Shown: positions 22,597 to 26,750 of the stretch, piece after piece
Position numbering within the stretch: position 1 is the first letter of the stretch
Layout of the letters: each line of letters opens with the position of its first letter
From: a virus
Direction: 5' to 3' (one strand)
IMG/VR virus record: IMGVR_UViG_3300025897_000071
Length of the DNA: 26,750 nt
The notes under the pieces: model-generated
Seen by the model: the letters and a program-made list of their open reading frames with translations, nothing else
Database searches by the model: none
Told to the model about the DNA's origin: nothing
Made by a program: the position numbers and the translations under genes

Positions 22597-23109
22597 ATGG
22601 CTAAAAAGGATTCAGGAATTGTCAACATACACGGCAAGCAATACAAGACGGTTGCCTTGCGTGTCACCGAGTTTCGGGAGCTGTGTAAGATCGACGCGGG
22701 CTGGGGCATTGAAACCCAGTTGCATCACTTCGATGAACGGAGCGTCATTATTCGCGCTATTATTACCGATGCGGATGGGCGCATCATTGGAACGGGACAC
22801 GGCGAAGAGGTGCGTGGATCGTCCAACATCAATAAAACGTCAGCTCTTGAAAATGCTGAAACGTCTGCCATCGGCCGCGCCCTTGCCGCCTGTGGTTTTG
22901 CGGGTACGGAATACGCTTCAGCTGATGAGGTAGCCAATGCCATAAGCCAACAGAACGCGCCGCCGACAGGTGCGCCAACCGACAAGCAAAAAAAATACCT
23001 TTGGTCGCTCATCAAAAAGCAACCGAAGAACGAACAAAATGACCTAGTGGAGCGGGCGGTCAATGCCAACGCCGAACAGGTTTCTCAGATGATTGAGGGC
23101 TTGAAATGA
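22597..23109 (+). CDS. Rad52/Sak-like single-strand annealing protein (putative)
   Basis: 170 aa with AGGAG upstream. The motif NKTSALENAETSAIGRALAACGFAG resembles the Rad52/Sak signature (...KEAVTDALKRALRSFG). It is followed by a nuclease gene. Assigned from memory. Confidence 0.5.
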   Translation: MAKKDSGIVNIHGKQYKTVALRVTEFRELCKIDAGWGIETQLHHFDERSVIIRAIITDADGRIIGTGHGEEVRGSSNINKTSALENAETSAIGRALAACGFAGTEYASADEVANAISQQNAPPTGAPTDKQKKYLWSLIKKQPKNEQNDLVERAVNANAEQVSQMIEGLK

Positions 23110-23471
23110 CCGAACACCAGGAACAGGTGATGTTTTTCAAGATGCTGGCGATCAAGGCCCGCAGAGATGCGCGATTGAACTGCGTGTTTGCTGTGCCGAA
23201 CGCCGCGAAGCGAACGCCCCGGCAGGGGCGGTGGATGACGGAAGAAGGATTAAAAGCCGGAGTGCCGGATATTTTCGCCGCTATCCCTGTCGGGAAACAT
23301 CACGGCCTGTTTTTGGAGATGAAGCGGGTGAAGCCGAAAGGCCGACTGACACCCAATCAGAAAGCATGGATCGAACGCCTGACGGCGGCGGGGTATTATT
23401 GCGCCGTAGCCTACGGATTTGACCACGCACATGAGATTTTAACCACCTATTTAGGAGAGACAAATGAATAA
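23106..23471 (+). CDS. VRR-NUC domain nuclease (PD-(D/E)xK)
   Basis: 121 aa with the motif series GVPDIFA...GLFLEMK...LTPNQKAWIERLTAAGYYCAVAYGFDHA. Confidence 0.85.
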   Translation: MTEHQEQVMFFKMLAIKARRDARLNCVFAVPNAAKRTPRQGRWMTEEGLKAGVPDIFAAIPVGKHHGLFLEMKRVKPKGRLTPNQKAWIERLTAAGYYCAVAYGFDHAHEILTTYLGETNE

Positions 23472-23652
23472 AGGAAAACATGAGTTAACGGAAAAAAGAG
23501 TTAGGATGATTGCTTGGCGTGTTGCCAAATCGTTCCCAGAGTGGTACGACACAAGGCCCGTCAGGGGTAAGTCACACGGTTTTCGCGTGGGTGTTAAGTA
23601 TATGAAGAACGCAATTATTGCCGAGCTAAACGAAAAAGGAGAGACGAAATGA
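23464..23652 (+). CDS. Hypothetical protein
   Basis: 62 aa with AGGAG upstream and an 8-nt overlap with the previous gene. Basic, with no motif recognised. Confidence 0.5.
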   Translation: MNKGKHELTEKRVRMIAWRVAKSFPEWYDTRPVRGKSHGFRVGVKYMKNAIIAELNEKGETK

Positions 23653-23849
23653 ACACATATTTAGTCGCATTTGAATACTGGGACATTTTAGGCTTTCACG
23701 ATGACACGTACAAAATCGTGGAGGCTGACAGTATAAAGGAAGCCATCGAAGCGGTGCGGAGTCTCTTGGAGCAGGAGCCAAAAAAGTTTCACGAATGGAT
23801 AGCCAAGCGCATCTATGTTGAGAACCCAGATTGGAAACTTGACGTATGA
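23649..23849 (+). CDS. Hypothetical protein
   Basis: 66 aa with GGAG upstream and an ATGA overlap. Acidic, with no motif recognised. Confidence 0.5.
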   Translation: MNTYLVAFEYWDILGFHDDTYKIVEADSIKEAIEAVRSLLEQEPKKFHEWIAKRIYVENPDWKLDV

Positions 23850-24154
23850 AAAAAGGAACACGGGCGAAGCGATACGCCGCCTACAAACATACCGTTAAAC
23901 TGCACACGCAGATTTCAAAGACAAATCTTGGCTCACGCCCTGCCGGGTATACGTGCAACCACATCATCCCCGTTTCACGGGGCTTCGCCCTTGATATTGA
24001 CCCCGCCATCATCGGCTCGGAAATGAACCTGGAGTTTGTCCCTTATCAAGAGAACATTCAACAGGGGTCACGGATAACCGCCGAATCAATCCAAGTGATG
24101 CGGGCCGCTGGGCTGAATGATTTAGCCGATATTTACGAGGCCAAAATCCAATGA
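23846..24154 (+). CDS. HNH (H-N-N variant) endonuclease-like protein
   Basis: 102 aa. CNHIIPVSRGF-x13-NLEFVPYQENIQQG matches the beta-beta-alpha-Me layout (DHI.P.S.GG...NL.....N..KG). ATGA overlaps on both sides. Confidence 0.55.
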   Translation: MKKGTRAKRYAAYKHTVKLHTQISKTNLGSRPAGYTCNHIIPVSRGFALDIDPAIIGSEMNLEFVPYQENIQQGSRITAESIQVMRAAGLNDLADIYEAKIQ

Positions 24155-24903
24155 CAGTAGGTTCATTATTTTCAGGAATCGGCGGTTTGGATCTCGGCTT
24201 TGAATGGGCGGGATTTGAAACCAAATGGTTTTGTGAAATCGAGGAATTTCCACGCAAGGTACTAAACAAGCATTGGCCTGATGTGCCAATAATAGAGGAT
24301 ATACGTAATGTCACAGGAAAATCTGTTCAACCCGTCGACGTACTCATCGGCGGCTTCCCTTGCCAAGACATCTCAAACGCAGGAGACATGGCAGGGATCA
24401 CAGAAGGAAAGCGTTCAGGATTGTGGTCTGAGCAATTCAGAGTCATTCGCGTATTACGACCACGATACGCAGTCATTGAGAACGTGGCAAATCTCGTTGG
24501 CTTCGGGCTTGAACGAGTCCTTGCCGATCTTGCCTCGATTGGGAGAGATGCGTCATGGGCGGTTATACCGGCATCCGCAACAGGAGCAGATCACAAGAGA
24601 GATAGAGTATTTATCGTCAGTTACATTACCAACAATGTCAGCAACGGAATACAAGGGTGCGCCGAGAAAGCGTTTTCGTGGCTCCACGCACTTCAGGGGT
24701 TCTCGGATGGTAGAGGGCTTGCGGAATGGCCTGAACGATCCGTGCAGAATATCCATCCATTTCGCAGAGGCGCAGATGGGATTTCCACAAGATTATACAA
24801 TGATCGAATAAAAGGTCTTGGAAATACCGTTGTACCACAGGTTGCATACCTCGTTGCAAGAGCAGTCCGAGAACACGCAGAAGAACAAGGAGAATGGAAA
24901 TGA
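24151..24903 (+). CDS. DNA (cytosine-5)-methyltransferase, compact form
   Basis: 250 aa. Motif I is LFSGIGGLDLG, motif IV GFPCQDIS, motif VI ENV, the motif VIII-like stretch HKRDRVFIV, and motif X GNTVVPQVA. Confidence 0.9.
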   Translation: MTVGSLFSGIGGLDLGFEWAGFETKWFCEIEEFPRKVLNKHWPDVPIIEDIRNVTGKSVQPVDVLIGGFPCQDISNAGDMAGITEGKRSGLWSEQFRVIRVLRPRYAVIENVANLVGFGLERVLADLASIGRDASWAVIPASATGADHKRDRVFIVSYITNNVSNGIQGCAEKAFSWLHALQGFSDGRGLAEWPERSVQNIHPFRRGADGISTRLYNDRIKGLGNTVVPQVAYLVARAVREHAEEQGEWK

Positions 24904-25103
24904 TTGATCTGAAATACATCAAGCAACTACGCCTTCAACATGGGTGGTCGCAGTATTATGTATCGCGGAAACTGGAAGTGCATAAAGACACTTTTTGCCG
25001 ATACGAGAAGGGCAAACTCACGCCGAGCCTGCGCGTCCTGATGAAAATGTCATTGCTGTACGAGGTACGTATTGACAACCTGTTGATGTGGGATGAAGCA
25101 TGA
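24900..25103 (+). CDS. XRE-family HTH protein
   Basis: 67 aa from the ATG at 24900, with AAGGAG 7 nt upstream and an ATGA overlap with the methyltransferase stop. The track start at 24894 is also possible. IKQLRLQHGWSQYYVSRKLEVHKDTFCRYEKGKLTPSLRVLMKMS is a typical Cro/C1-type HTH. Confidence 0.75.
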   Translation: MIDLKYIKQLRLQHGWSQYYVSRKLEVHKDTFCRYEKGKLTPSLRVLMKMSLLYEVRIDNLLMWDEA

Positions 25104-25234
25104 AATTACATTGGACAGAACAAAGCCTTGCTCCTGATGAGCCGCGCACGACAAACGAACAACGAAGTCTTGTTGCGGCTTTGAAGCGGTGGGTGATCTT
25201 AAAAATAAAAAAGCTAAATGATAAGCGATATTGA
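25100..25234 (+). CDS. Possible small ORF (44 aa, not in the ORF track)
   Basis: Its ATG forms an ATGA overlap with the XRE stop. Hand translation gives MKLHWTEQSLAPDEPRTTNEQRSLVAALKRWVILKIKKLNDKRY. It overlaps the next ORF by 17 nt. Confidence 0.25.
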   Translation: MKLHWTEQSLAPDEPRTTNEQRSLVAALKRWVILKIKKLNDKRY

Positions 25235-25472
25235 CAAAAGACTACCGCATTTCTTGGCGGTAGTTGACAAACTCGAAGACAGGTTTGACATCTCTGCCCG
25301 CGAATGGGTGGATATTATGATGTACATATACACCAAACACGCCCTGCGGAAGCGGGGATCTGATGCAAAAACGCTACATCATCTCGATGTTACGTTGCGG
25401 ATAATGCAAGAGATCGGAAAGACGCGGGGTATATTTGTCAGCGAAGGTCAAGCAAATACGCCGACCAAGTAG
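25218..25472 (+). CDS. Hypothetical protein, last gene of the rightward block
   Basis: 84 aa and helical (…FLAVVDKLEDRFDISAREWVDIMMYIYTKHALRKRG…). No motif recognised. Confidence 0.5.
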   Translation: MISDIDKRLPHFLAVVDKLEDRFDISAREWVDIMMYIYTKHALRKRGSDAKTLHHLDVTLRIMQEIGKTRGIFVSEGQANTPTK

Positions 25473-25599
25473 AAATGCGCGGCAGAACACTAGGAATTGA
25501 CCGTAGTCAACGCCAATACATTTCCACATCAGTATATGGAAAAACTGTTTGCGTTCGTCTGCGGCGATCCTGTGGCCTCTGTGGGGTATATGTAACGCA

Positions 25600-26490
25600 T
25601 CAAACGGTTTGAGTAGCTGATATCAACATCTCCTGCGCTCTTGCTCGTTTGTCCACCTGAAATTTCAGCCAATAACCGCCCAGCGGTTTCGGCGGTGCGC
25701 CGCGTTCGATGTGCCAACCTTCTGCGCCATCCCCATATTCCTCTTTGTAAGCCGACGTACAGATGTGCTTTTGTGTCTTATGGTATACGCGCCCCTGAGA
25801 GGTAACGCTTTCCTGCATCAGAGTCATTTCCCACAACTCATGAATGTGACCCTTATGGACAATATCAGCATCAGGATAAATCGCCGCTTGCCGAACATTG
25901 GTCAGCGTACCTTTTGACATGATTCCACCGCCGCCAGAACCATGAAAATACTTCATTCGTTTGGTCATTATTTCCTTTGGATTTTTGGGGTTCACAAATC
26001 GAAAGAAAAGCCAGCCGCCGTACCCACCTAAAAACGCTTTTGCACCGTGTTCTTGGTTCAGCGTTGACACAAATGACCGAAGCACATCCGTCTCATTGTG
26101 CTTTATGATTGCCGTTTCATGATTACCGTACCCAAACCCTGCTAATACGGGAGCAAACTCGGCAAGCTCTTCAGCCGCTGATCGCGGAACCGCGTCAAAA
26201 TAATCAGCAACCATATGTTCGGGCCTAACATCGCCTTTGCTACCCCGCCGATCCTTTTTACCCTGCATAACACAAAACGCGTCACCGTTGCAAAATACGG
26301 GAGCCTTTTTTTCTAAGGCTTGGCCGAGGTGTTTCCTTAATAATGTTCGGTTGCATTTTGGGTGGTCATAATGCCAATCAGAAGTCAGCAGGGCTTCAAA
26401 TTCAAACCCCGGTCTTCTCCAGTCTGCTAAAACAGTTATCACGTGGACATTTCTGCTCAACGCTTTTACTGACCAGTTATGATTTGCCAA
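25600..26490 (-). CDS. Calcineurin-like metallophosphoesterase
   Basis: 296 aa. The ordered metal-ligand motifs are SDWHYDH (DxH), NGDAF (GD), YGNHE (GNHE), FHGSGGGG (H) and KGHIHE (GHxH). The track start is TTG at 26490, and GTG at 26442 is an alternative. This is the last gene of the leftward block. Confidence 0.8.
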   Translation of the reverse strand: MANHNWSVKALSRNVHVITVLADWRRPGFEFEALLTSDWHYDHPKCNRTLLRKHLGQALEKKAPVFCNGDAFCVMQGKKDRRGSKGDVRPEHMVADYFDAVPRSAAEELAEFAPVLAGFGYGNHETAIIKHNETDVLRSFVSTLNQEHGAKAFLGGYGGWLFFRFVNPKNPKEIMTKRMKYFHGSGGGGIMSKGTLTNVRQAAIYPDADIVHKGHIHELWEMTLMQESVTSQGRVYHKTQKHICTSAYKEEYGDGAEGWHIERGAPPKPLGGYWLKFQVDKRARAQEMLISATQTV

Positions 26491-26527
26491 CGTGCTTTAC
26501 CTTTTTTGTTTCAAATAACAATCAGAC

Positions 26528-26750
26528 TTATCCCCAGAGCGGACTATTCTCTATGTCATATGCACCCGCTTCAGCATCCGTTAGCGTAGCCAAGTGTGCT
26601 TCAATCAAGTTCGACTTATTGCGAATGTCTTTGATGGTGAGGCGCATTTGACGTGCCGCTGAAGCCCACGCTTTTTCGGCGGTGGTGAGCGTATCGCCAT
26701 CCTGTCGTTTTTCAAGGAGCGAAAGCCAGAGGGCGTTGGCGTTTTCGCGC
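26528..26750 (-). CDS. 3' part of the same junction-spanning gene (26652..26750 duplicates 1..99)
   Basis: Hand translation across the junction gives ...AWASAARQMRLTIKDIRNKSNLIEAHLATLTDAEAGAYDIENSPLWG, then TAA at 26530..26528. The gene is absent from the ORF track because the window edge splits it. Confidence 0.6.
   Translation of the reverse strand, partial: RENANALWLSLLEKRQDGDTLTTAEKAWASAARQMRLTIKDIRNKSNLIEAHLATLTDAEAGAYDIENSPLWG
26652..26750. repeat. Terminal direct repeat, copy 2 (identical to 1..99)
   Basis: Same 99-nt string as 1..99. It is consistent with the assembly overlap of a circular or circularly permuted genome, or with a short physical terminal redundancy. Confidence 0.95.

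Noticed and set aside
24308-24811. 167-aa ORF in an alternative frame within the methyltransferase gene
   Set aside because: It is fully embedded in a gene with complete m5C methyltransferase motifs, and has no SD or motif.
25473-25599. Expected bidirectional terminator between the convergent early and late blocks
   Set aside because: I found only a weak 6-bp stem (tttcca/tggaaa, around 25532..25553) and a direct ctgtgg repeat. There is no GC-rich hairpin with a flanking T-run, so I cannot support a terminator call by eye.
1-26750. Temperate lifestyle, prophage or mobile-element interpretation
   Set aside because: No integrase, recombinase, transposase, att-like flanks or CI-type repressor is recognisable. 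The ends are an exact overlap rather than host flanks. Lifestyle cannot be assigned from the sequence alone.

Overview
The window is a complete, circularly closed genome of a small tailed dsDNA phage. Bases 1..99 are identical to 26652..26750, so the unique length is 26,651 bp, and one gene reads across that junction. The virion genes are HK97-lineage, with a siphovirus-type tail: tape measure, G/GT chaperones, no sheath genes.

A leftward (minus-strand) gene block of about 21.6 kb starts at 20583, crosses the junction and ends at 25600. In order it holds:
- replication genes (DUF1376-like organiser, DnaA-domain-IV-like protein) and an HTH regulator;
- a holin candidate and an M15 endolysin;
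- a ParB-like nuclease-domain protein, then TerS, a small ORF and TerL;
- portal, MuF/SPP1-gp7-like protein and three small ORFs;
- a prohead-protease/major-capsid fusion;
- a gp6-like connector, two paralogous head-closure proteins, a gp10-like protein and a tail terminator;
- an AT-rich island, the major tail protein, G/GT chaperones, the tape measure and a hub-like protein;
- a tail-collar-like protein, three fibre/RBP genes, a junction-spanning chaperone-like gene and a metallophosphoesterase.

A rightward early block (21116..25472) encodes small DNA-binding proteins (RHH, wHTH, zinc-ribbon), a Rad52/Sak-like annealase, VRR-NUC, HNH, a compact Dcm methyltransferase, an XRE HTH protein and small unknowns.

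The divergent control region (20584..21115) holds five tandem 9-bp repeats, an AT-rich tract, inverted repeats, a sigma70-like promoter and a terminator-like hairpin.

I found no integrase, CI-like repressor, tRNA, CRISPR array, transposase or spanin pair. Many junctions in the structural block use 1-4 nt stop/start overlaps (TAATG, ATGA, GTGA).

The most notable observations are:
- two candidate -1 frameshift sites, one a classic G/GT site and one that would fuse portal to the MuF-like protein;
- a protease-capsid fusion with an SD-preceded internal in-frame start;
- intrinsic-terminator-like hairpins 11-12 nt upstream of two start codons;
- duplicated head-closure and fibre genes;
- a 9-mer array next to a phage DnaA-domain-IV homologue;
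- a zinc-ribbon motif shared by three proteins.

All functional calls rest on motif recognition by eye. No database search was run.
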